Assembly: GCA_963765535.1 (NCBI GenBank)
Contig: CAVXWU010000004.1
Location: 593,202 to 657,201 of the forward strand
Reading direction: 5' to 3'
From: an uncultured Verrucomicrobiae bacterium
GTDB taxonomy: Bacteria; Verrucomicrobiota; Verrucomicrobiia; Limisphaerales; JAHDYP01
DNA: 64,000 nucleotides
Shown here: in pieces, positions 53,619-63,114 of the stretch
Layout: every line of letters starts with the position of its first letter
Position numbering within the stretch: position 1 is the stretch's first letter
The notes under the pieces: model-generated
Told to the model about the DNA's origin: nothing
What the model saw: only the letters and a program-made list of their open reading frames with translations
The model's database searches: none
Position numbers and translations under genes: made by a program

Positions 53619-56600
53619 ATGAACCGAGCTTACGATTTTGGAGTCTTGATTACCAAGCTGTTCCGGATTGCGGCAACGAAGTTCGTCCCGGGGGCATGGT
53701 TCGGCGCGTCTATGCTGGGCGTCACATGCCTGGGGGCGACGTTCGATGGGCGACTGAGCCTGGTCGAGACGCCGGACGGCGTGGACGTGGCCTGGACTTC
53801 GACCTCGCTGACGCCGGCAGAACCGTTCCTCCACTACGAGTATCAGGTCCAGCATAGCCTCGACCTGGTCGCCTGGGAAGACTCGACGACGTTCATTCCC
53901 GGCGGTTTTCTCGGATCCGCCTCGCTGCCGCACACGTTTCCTCTACTCACGACCGCCACTCACGATTTCGTTCGCTTGAGTTACCGGCTGAACATGCCGG
54001 GAGCCGATCTCAGCGGGCTGGACCTGAGCGGCGCGGATTTGCGGGACGCGAATCTCGCCGGAGCCAACCTTTCGGGAAGCGTCTTTGACGGTGCCTTATT
54101 GGCCGGCGCGGACTTGACCGGCGCAACGCTCGATGGGGCGACGTTCAACGGGGCCAATCTGGACGATGTGAACCTGGATGGTTTCGATCTGACCGACCTC
54201 GACCTGAGCACCATTGAAGGCACTCCGCTGCTGACTCAAGTGACGGCGGACCCGGCGGGGGAAGCAGGGGCGGGGGTGCCGCATCTGCCTTACAATGCCG
54301 ATCCGGGAGACCTGGTGGCGAACGATCCGAATCTGCCGGGTGTTCTATCCACACGGAACGCGATGGTGATGCTGAGGACCAACGCCACAGTGGGTCAGTT
54401 GAACGCCCTGTTGGCCGCGCACGGCGCGTCGATCGTCGCGAGCAGTCCGTCAGATAAGACGTTGCCGAATGCTGTTTTGATGATGCGATTTCCCACGACC
54501 AACGCCCAGGATCTCTATGACCTCACCGTTGCACTGAACGACGATCCGATCGTCGAAGCCGCGGCGCCCGATGTGTTGTTAGGATTGACGGTCATCCCGG
54601 ACGACGCGTCGGCTGCGCCAGGCTGGCTTTGGGATCCAGCCGGGTCATTCACGGGCGGCAACTGGGGGCTAGAGAAAGCGCGGGTGCCGCAGATGTGGAA
54701 CATCTACGAGGCGCTGCAGAATCGAGGGGCAGCGCGCGTGCCCACGTGCATCATCGACATTTATTTCGACCCCGGCCACGAAGATTTGCAGTTTAGCGCT
54801 GTGCTGGGTTCCACGCCCCTGGAGGTCCACGATCACGGGAACCATGTGGCGGGCATCGCGGGGGCGACGTATAACAATCGCAAGGGAATCGACGGGGTCA
54901 ACCCGCTGGCGGATCTGATCGGCTACACGTTTCGGGCGACGCTCTATGACGTTCCCCTGCCCACTGACCCGTACGCATTTCTCAGCACCGGGCACCAGAT
55001 CAACGCGTTCAGCATGGTGGATGACATACGCGGTGTGCTCCGCGACGCGCCGCAGACCAGGATCATCAACATGAGCCTGGGCTACAATTGGTACCTCTGG
55101 ACGAATTCCTTCCGTCCCAACATCACCGATCCGTTCACGACACCGCAACTGGCGGTGATCGAGTACATCGCGCAGAAATACGGACTGCTGATGACCGCCG
55201 CGTCGCTTCGCGCGAGTTCCAAGTTGATCGTCTGCGCCGCGGGCAATGATTTCGGCCTCGTTACCGCCCGGGTAGCCAGTCCGATGTGCACGGCGGCCCT
55301 GCAATATGGTGCGCCGAACATCCTGGTCGTGGGATCCCATGGCATTCAAGGCTTGCCCAGTCTGTTCTCCAATCCTGGCGGCCACGTGGCCGCACCGGGG
55401 GAGGACATCCTGTCAGCTCAGGGCTTCGGCACCGGGTATACGAACTATCAGGGCACCTCGATGGCAGCGCCGTTCGTTTCGGGCGTCGCCGGGTTTCTGC
55501 TGGCGGTGGAGCCTCAACTCGATCCCGCCACGGTCATCGGTCTCCTCCAGGCGGGCGGGCCGAACGTGGACGCCTACACGAGCCTCCTTTCCCTCGATGA
55601 GCTGACGGGCTCTGACCACAAGGTGATGACCATGCTGCTAGACATCGACGATGGCAGCCTTGACGGCTCCCGGCGGGTGGACACTCCACAAGCTGCGCTG
55701 GGTAACGATCGCGTTTTCGAGGAAATCACCGGGCCGGACGTCGACAACAACAACCTCGTCCCGGGCGACGGCACGATCGACATGTCTGACTTCCGGCGCT
55801 GGCGCGATTGGTTGTTATTCGGCGTGGGGAACCACGACATGAACGGATCAACTACGCATCTGAAGTTCGATGGCAACGCCAACGGCACGGCGCATCCGAA
55901 CGACGACATGTTGTTCCACCCGCGCGGGGACTTCAACGGTGATGGCAAGCTGGACGAAAACTCAGTGCGTTTCGTGCCGGGCTTCAGCCAGGCCCTTACG
56001 GATCTCGAAGTCCTTGTCTTCAGCGAGCTCGATGACGTGTGGGAAGATCCGGATTACGACGATGCCTCCGTGCTCTTCGACCTCGTCGACTCGGTCGACC
56101 TCCATGTCTCGGCCACGAACTTCTACTACCGCCACACCGACATTGATGCCGAGGTAGACGTCTCCGTCTACGACGTGGAGACCGACGCGCCCGTGGAAGA
56201 CGGCGCCGCGATCCCCTTTGCACCGAATTCATCCGAACACGTCTTCACCGTCCCGACAGGCAAGGAGTATTTCGTGGCCAGCGATCCCATCGAGATCGGC
56301 GAAGGCACCCATGCCGTGATGCGCTCGATCGGCGAGAAGGAATTCCTCGACTCTCAGCGTGGCGCGGATTTCGCCGTGGACCTCGCCCTCTGGGAGATGA
56401 CCGCGGTGGCGAAGATGCTCAATCCCGAAACCAACCTCATCGATTCCCGCGCGCTGGCCAAGTACGTCGAGGCCTATATTCCGGCCGGAGGCGGCACATC
56501 GAGTGGCGGACAGTTGGAGGAGGAGGAAACCGTAGGCGCCCGGGCGTGGGCGACCAACACCGGCACATTCTACGCCATGGCCCGCGCCGGATCGCTTCCG

Positions 56601-59600
56601 TTCCCGGCGACCAACGTCAATTTCGGGACGACCTGGTCGAGTACCGTGCGGTGGGAGCGGAGTTTCATCAAGGACGCAAACAAAAAGGATCCAAAGTTCC
56701 TGGTCAAACCGATGCGACTCAAGCTGGGAGGCAGTGGGCCCAACGCAACGGAACTTCATGCCCTCGCAGAGATTGTCGTGGAAATGAGGTCCTATGACAT
56801 CTCGCCGGCCTGGCAACCGGTGTTCTTTTACCGCGCGGAGATTGCCGGCAAAGCGGCCTCGGGGGGTAATCCACACACCTTCAGAATTGTGGAGCAACTC
56901 GGCGACCTTCCCGACAAGGTGCTCCAACTGGATGGCACATTCAGCGCCGAGTATGTCCAGGAGAGGCGCCGGGGCCGGATCAATCTTGAGGATGTGCCGG
57001 ACGGCCATTCTTTCGAAGTCCGTTACCACCTCTACGCCGAGATTCTGGGCCAGGCCAACGACAACGAAACGCTGGCCTACGTGGGTGACCCGCTCGACTA
57101 CGGCAGTGGCACGCGGATGGTTTACGGTGAGTTCGGCGATCTGCCGGAAATCGACACGGTGACCATCGATCAACAGGGTAACGGTGTCATTTCGTACTAC
57201 TCCCACACCAACTTCTACTATCGCCTCTATCGGGGCGCCGACGCGGACACCACCGGTTTGCCCATCGCGATGAAACTCGGCATCGAAGGGCCGGACATGC
57301 TGATCGACCCGACACCGCTTCCCGGCGCCACACCCGACGATTACACCCTGGAGAATCAGCCTATCGGCCAACCGCTCGATCTGGATGGCGACGGGATCGA
57401 CGACGTCTATGAGCTGCAACACCCAGCCATCCTCGATCCTCTTGATCCGGCCGACTCATTCCTCGATCCGGATGGCGACGGTCGCTCGAATCTCCGTGAG
57501 TATGAGGATGGAACCGATCCGGAGGTGGCCGATGATCCGCCCTCCAGTCCCACGCTCAATTTCCCGGGATTGCTGGTTCCAAGCTATCCCGGTGGCGAGC
57601 TCATCGACATCAACAATGACGGCATCCTGGATTCTGCGATTCAGAACCTGAACATTGCCCTCGGTCACTTGGGCGGAACCTTCGCTGAGCCGGTCTTGTC
57701 TCCTCTGACAGGGATGCGCACCGTGGGCGGCGCGACTTTACATCCATCTCGACGGCGATGCATTCCCCGATGCGGTGCTGACGGATTCGCTGACCAACGT
57801 CGTGTTCCTGTTCCGCGGCGTCGGTGACGGGACGTTTACGGCACTTGACAAATCACCCGGCGATTAGTGGCGCGACAAAGATCGTGCCCTGCAATCTCAA
57901 CGGCGACGCTTTGACCGACGTGGCCCTGATGGGCAGGAACGTCGCGGCGCCGACCTGCACGTGAACAACAGCGACGGCACGCTAGCGCCGTTCGCTACGG
58001 TGACGACGAACACCTTCGGTGTCGCACAAGGACTGGCCATGGGCGACTTGAACGGTGATGCGCAGGATGACGTCGTCGTCGGATACGGGGTTAACTCGTT
58101 GTCTTTCTCAGCCAGCCCGGACGGGAGCTATGCCGATGGCCAGCCCTATCTTGTCGCGATCCGGACTCCGAGATCTGTCGAGATCGCCGATGTGAACCGG
58201 GACGGCTTGCTGGACGTGGTGGCGGCGAATCGTTCTCGGACAATCTTTCCGTTCTCCTGGCGCACCGGGGGCGGGGCGTTGCTCGCCCAAGTGACCTATG
58301 AAACCGGTGAATTGCCAATGGTCCTGCGTCTCGCCGATGTCAACGAGGATACGCACTTCGATGCAGTCGTCACGCTGGGTCGCCGGATGTCCAGGCAATC
58401 CTCCTGGGAGTGGGTGATGGCACGTTCGACACGGCTCTACACCGTGCCGATAGGCACGACCATGCAGGCCATTCACGACTGGGACGGCGACGGCCACCTC
58501 GACTTGGTCAGCACCATCGGCGCGTCCGGCGGCCTGATCATCCTGGGCAACGGGGATGGGTCGTTCAGAACCCGGCTTCACATCGTGCCTGAGGATGGGC
58601 CGCAGACCGATGTCAGCCCGGTCGATCTGGACGGCAACGGGGAACTGGAGCTGATCGGCCTGAATACGCAGGCGAATGCGATCGACGTGTGGGAACACGC
58701 CGCGGTCACCGGCACGAGCCGGCTGCTCAGTTCAACCGAGGTAGGCGAGTTCGTGACGGCCTTCGCGCCCGGGGATTTCAACGGGGACCGCTTGCAGGAC
58801 GTCGCCGTGGCGACTGAAGCCTTATCGTTCAACGCGAGCAGCAGCAACCAGGTCGTGATCCTGATCAACCAGGGCAACGCCACCTTCCAGGATGCGGGCC
58901 ATTACCCGATGAGCGTGCGACCCACCCTCATCGTGTCCGGTGATTTCAACGGGGACGGCGACCTTGATCTGGCGGTTCACATCGGCGGCGGAACGCTTTT
59001 CGGCGGCAGCCAACTCGTCTCTCTTCTTGGGGACGGTTCCGGCGGATTCCAGACCGGCACTCCGGTGGTCGTCGGCACCGTCGTCTCCTTCATGGCGGCG
59101 GCCGATTCGGATGGCGACCTTGCGTCCGAGGTCCTCATCTACGGTTTCGGTCCCAGCGGCAGTGGATCAGGCGGCTCGTTCCTCGACGTTTTCGCGGTGG
59201 ATGGGAGTGGCGGCTGGACGACTCAGCAATCCCTCGCCTACACCAGCAATCCCGTCTCACTGCAGATCCTGTCGGCGAATGGCGACGATTATCCCGATCT
59301 GGTGGTGACGCAGACTGATCCATCCTCCGGTGAGAATTCCCTTCGAATGTTCCCGGGAAGCTCCGCTGGCTTTGGCGTGGAGGAGATCCTGGAGAATGAC
59401 GTCCCATTCACGTCCTTCACTCGATTGGCGGATTTGAACGGCGATGGTCTACTTGACGCAGCCAGCTTCAACACCCTCTACGTCGCCGATCCCAATGGCG
59501 GCTTCCATCCGGGCCAGAGCATTTGGATCGGTTCACAGGGCGTGCAGGGCGTGGCGGATTTCAACCGGGACGGCCAACCCGACCTGCTCAACGGCTTGAG

Positions 59601-59619
59601 CATTCTGTTGCAGGAGTAA
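53619..59619 (+). pseudogene. ~2000-aa pentapeptide-repeat / subtilisin (S8) / acidic Ca-binding repeat / FG-GAP protein gene, interrupted by frameshifts
   Basis: It is assembled from track ORFs 53619..57827 and 57961..59619. Pentapeptide repeats are ADLSGLDLSGADLRDANLAGANLSGSVFDGALLAGADLTGATLDGATFNGANL. The S8 triad contexts are CIIDIYFDPGH, HGNHVAGIAG and GTSMAAPFVSGVAGF. FG-GAP units continue through 57700..57960, but in three different frames (details in findings). Confidence 0.7.
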
Positions 59620-59645
59620 CCCGGCGGACCACCGATCCTGCGTGG

Positions 59646-59670
59646 GCCGCGGACGCCCTGCGTCTGCGGC
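59646..59670. terminator. Hairpin between convergent genes (possible bidirectional terminator)
   Basis: GCCGCGGACGC-CCT-GCGTCTGCGGC forms an 11-bp stem with one mismatch. It lies between the stop at 59619 (+) and the stop at 59672 (-). There is no U-tract. Confidence 0.25.
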
Positions 59671-59671
59671 A

Positions 59672-62080
59672 TCAGGGATTACCGTCTTGGCCCCTTCCTT
59701 GTCGTTGCTCCCACTCATCGACTGCGGCGCGAACTTCGCGCTGCCATTGCCGATACGCCGGCGTCCGGCGGAACTTTTCGTACGGCGCGCCCTCGCCCAC
59801 GTGACCCGGATCGAAATTGGACTGTGCGGGCATCAAGTTGACGGCCTCCCGATCAAGGTCGCTGGCGCTCATCGTCTGGCACGAACGGACACAGATTTCA
59901 GGAAAAGCCTGTGGCTCGACAAGTTGATGACTGTTCGCGCTCAACCGCAGCAAGCGGTTCCAGTCGGCTTCGCGAATCACCGACTCGTCGCCGGCTGTCG
60001 CGAATCCGCCTTGCCCGGCATACAAGACGCCCGACTCCTTCCAGTCGAGCGCGGCGGGGCTCGCACCGTCCTCAAGCCTCGCCAAGCGTAACAAGGTGCC
60101 CTGCCCGCGATCGAGGATCGAGTGTTGCCAGGAGATCGTGATCCTTTCCAGGCTCGGCGGACGTGCCAGGTCGAGCAGCGCACTCGTGACAAACACGCTC
60201 CGGGCCGCGCTGAGGCGCACGCCGGTTTCGGCCTCGGGGTTGAGGTAAAAGCCGCGGTCGACGACGAAGAGGCTGTTGTCGATCTCGACGCGCGTCGGCA
60301 ACTCCGCGGAAGCCCGCATCTCGATGCCGCTGGCCACGGTCCCGGCGACGACACAGTTTCGTAAGTATCCAATGCTGCCGTGCTGGAAGCCGAGCAACGC
60401 GCGATAACGCTGTGAATCGTTGGTGGCGGATAGCCGGAGCCGACCATAGACCAGCACGTTCTGGCCCTGGTGCACGCTGCGCAGGATGCGGCAGTTCAGC
60501 AAGTGTAACGGCGCATTCTCCGTCGAGATCAGCAGGGCGAAATTGGCTATGCGGCCACGTCGCCACAGCGTCAGGCCCTCGAGTGCCAGGGGCGCATCGG
60601 CCGTGATCAACGGCTGGGCATTGTTGGTCGCCAGAAGAATCGGCCTGAATCCTGGAGCGCTACGGATGGTCAGCGGCTTCCCGCCCACGCGAAAGGATTC
60701 CGTCAAGCGCTCGCCCGAGAATCGCACCTCGATCACGTCGTGCGGGCGGGCGGCGGCCACGGCATCGGAGAGCCGGGCGTAGGCGCCGAAGCGTCCTCGG
60801 AGGTAGAAGGCTTTTCCGGTTTGCTGAGATAGGAGGGTATTGACGACGGCCGTGCGCCCGCTCCAATCCAACGCTGCGATGACGGAGCTGATTGTCAGAC
60901 CCAACAGCAGCACAACCGCCGGCCATTTCACTCGGCGCCGCTCCGAATCCACCGGCTGCACGAACCGTTCGAGGGCCGCGGCAACATCGGCCGCGGTCTG
61001 AAACCGGTCGTCGGGCCGTTTGGCCACCAACCGGTCAATGATCGTCGCCAACTTTGGTGGAACGTCGGGAGCGACTGCCCGCGTGGGTTGATGATCGCAA
61101 CACGCAGCGGCGCTCAACACCCGCGCGGATGACTCTCCCGGAAAGAGCGGTCGCCCGGCCGCCATCTCAAACATCACCGCGCCCAGACTGAACAGGTCGC
61201 TGCGTCCATCCACCGCTTCACCCCGGGCCTGCTCGGGCGACATGTATTGCGGTGTGCCGGCAACGCACCGGTCGCCGCGGGCAGTCGGGGAAACCACGAG
61301 GTGTTGGGCCCGGGCCAGGCCGAAGTCGGCTAGACGCACGCGATCGCCGTTGTCTTCGAGCAGCACATTGGACGGTTTGATATCGCGGTGCAGGATCCCG
61401 CGCGCGTGTGTGGCGGCGAGCGCTTGCGCCAATTGCAGACCCACCCGCGCCACGTGCATCGGCCCGAGCCCCGGTCGGTGCACCATCCGCCGTTCGAGAG
61501 TGCCCTCGGTATGATAAGGCATCACGAGGTAGGGCAGATCTTTGGCCATCCCTGCGTGGTGGATCACGACGATATGATCGTGCTGCAAGGCCGCCACGGC
61601 GCGCGCCTCCTCCAGAAAACCCGCCGTGGAACGTTCGCCGGTTTCCCGCGGGACGATAACCTTCATGGCGACGATGCGATTGAGGGTCCGATCCCGCGCC
61701 TTGAAGATCACCCCCATGCCGCCGCGCCCGGCGATCGCCAGAATGTCATACCCGGCGAACGTACCCAGCGCGTCGTCCGCCGCCGGCGCGTCAAGCACCT
61801 CCAGGATCCGATCGAGTTCGATGGCACCCGCATGCCCAATGCCCTCCCCCGCCTCGAGCATGACGCGCTCGAGTGCCGGGTTGGGACCGGACGCCAACGC
61901 CGGGCTCAACGGAAGATCGCCGATGAGAACCTCCAACTGCGCGCGGGTCATTGTTTCGACCTCCTCGGCGCACTCGAGGCAGTGCAGCAAATGCGCCTCG
62001 AGGCCGTGGCGTTCGCGATCGGGAAGGTCCGCCGAAGCGAACGCCTCCAGGACGGCGGGCGTAGGACATCGTTCAGCCAT
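59672..62080 (-). CDS. Ser/Thr protein kinase with N-terminal HxxxCxxC (zf-HC2, anti-sigma-like) segment, one TM helix and a beta-helix-like extracytoplasmic domain
   Basis: Track ORF 59672..62101. ATG 62080 (MAERCPTPAVLEAF..) overlaps the sigma stop. The zinc motif is HLLHCLEC. The kinase motifs are GRGGMGVIFKA, VAMKVI, HRDIKPSNVLL, DFGLA and GTPQYMSPEQ. The TM helix is WPAVVLLLGLTISSVIAAL. Confidence 0.85.
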   Translation of the reverse strand: MAERCPTPAVLEAFASADLPDRERHGLEAHLLHCLECAEEVETMTRAQLEVLIGDLPLSPALASGPNPALERVMLEAGEGIGHAGAIELDRILEVLDAPAADDALGTFAGYDILAIAGRGGMGVIFKARDRTLNRIVAMKVIVPRETGERSTAGFLEEARAVAALQHDHIVVIHHAGMAKDLPYLVMPYHTEGTLERRMVHRPGLGPMHVARVGLQLAQALAATHARGILHRDIKPSNVLLEDNGDRVRLADFGLARAQHLVVSPTARGDRCVAGTPQYMSPEQARGEAVDGRSDLFSLGAVMFEMAAGRPLFPGESSARVLSAAACCDHQPTRAVAPDVPPKLATIIDRLVAKRPDDRFQTAADVAAALERFVQPVDSERRRVKWPAVVLLLGLTISSVIAALDWSGRTAVVNTLLSQQTGKAFYLRGRFGAYARLSDAVAAARPHDVIEVRFSGERLTESFRVGGKPLTIRSAPGFRPILLATNNAQPLITADAPLALEGLTLWRRGRIANFALLISTENAPLHLLNCRILRSVHQGQNVLVYGRLRLSATNDSQRYRALLGFQHGSIGYLRNCVVAGTVASGIEMRASAELPTRVEIDNSLFVVDRGFYLNPEAETGVRLSAARSVFVTSALLDLARPPSLERITISWQHSILDRGQGTLLRLARLEDGASPAALDWKESGVLYAGQGGFATAGDESVIREADWNRLLRLSANSHQLVEPQAFPEICVRSCQTMSASDLDREAVNLMPAQSNFDPGHVGEGAPYEKFRRTPAYRQWQREVRAAVDEWEQRQGRGQDGNP

Positions 62081-62702
62081 GGGCGATTTCCTCGAACACA
62101 CCGGCCCCGTCCTCGAGCGTCTCGATCGTCGCGACCGTCTGCTTGAGGCGGTTTGTGATCCTCGATCGAGCGATGTAGAGCGCGTTCAGCGTGAGGCCAA
62201 GTTCTCCCGCCACCGTATCCGCCGCCTCCCCCAGAATCGCGGTGCGCCAGAAAGCATTCCAGGTCTGCTCCTTGAATTCGGCCTGGATCTGTTTCGCGGC
62301 GCGGGAAACCAGACTGGCCTGATAATCCCGCTGCCAGCTATCTTCGAGTTCTCGATCCGGCTCGTTCTCGGAGTACTTCTCGAGCGTCGTGTCCCCGACC
62401 GGGCGCGGCTGTCTTGCCTGCACGGCGAAAAAGTTGTTGAGCTTGCTCCGGACCACGGTGAAAAGCCAGTTCCTGAACGAGCTGCGCTGCCGATCGTAGC
62501 GGAACCGCGCGATCGCGCCGGCCACCGCCCTGAGGACGTCCTGGGTCACATCGCCGGCGTCCGCCTCCGTCAGGCCGCGGTTGCGGCAGAATCCGAAGAT
62601 CAGCGGGGTGTAGATGGCGACGAATTGCGACCACGCCTCGTGGTCGTCCTTGTCACGCAACCGGACCAACAACGAAGGGCGTGTCGTCAAATGCCCAGTC
62701 AT
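62073..62702 (-). CDS. ECF-type sigma-70 family RNA polymerase sigma factor
   Basis: Track ORF of 209 aa. Region 2 is AWSQFVAIYTPLIFGFCRNRGLTEADAGDVTQDVLRAV..FRNWLF. Region 4 is ILGEAADTVAGELGLTLNALYIARSRITNRLK. Its stop overlaps the kinase start by 8 nt (ATGGCTGA). Confidence 0.85.
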   Translation of the reverse strand: MTGHLTTRPSLLVRLRDKDDHEAWSQFVAIYTPLIFGFCRNRGLTEADAGDVTQDVLRAVAGAIARFRYDRQRSSFRNWLFTVVRSKLNNFFAVQARQPRPVGDTTLEKYSENEPDRELEDSWQRDYQASLVSRAAKQIQAEFKEQTWNAFWRTAILGEAADTVAGELGLTLNALYIARSRITNRLKQTVATIETLEDGAGVFEEIAHG

Positions 62703-63114
62703 AGCCAGATTGATAGGCCCACGGATGCCAGCCGGAAAGCCAAATCACTCGGTGGGGTGAAGGTCCCCCCCAGGAGGAGATCGACGCCAATCTCAACGTT
62801 CTTGCCGGCGATGCCACCTGCACCCTGGAAAACCGGGCGCTGCTGGCGGAGCACTCGGCCAGACTGTTTGACACCGACGCGATCAAGAAGCTGAAAGTCG
62901 AGCAACGGCGCATCGCCAAGTTGGCGGCGCGGGCGGGCGCCCGGTGAGGGCACCGGGCCTCCAGGCAAGAAGCCGTTCTCCTTGATAGGCCGCGTGCCCC
63001 CACGCGGCGGACGATGCAGAGCCACGGACAATCCTGAAGGCACCGGTTGAGGAATCGGAATCGACATGAATCTTGAAGCCGAACGCCAAAGCTGTCTCAA
63101 TCCACGCTCATTCT

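Noticed and set aside
62699-63100. 133-aa minus-strand ORF overlapping the sigma start by 4 nt, as a possible third member of the sigma-kinase operon
   Set aside because: It has low-complexity Pro/Gly/Arg-rich sequence and weaker third-position GC bias than the opposite strand over the same bases. No motifs were seen. It is kept only as an alternative in the finding on 62717..62947.
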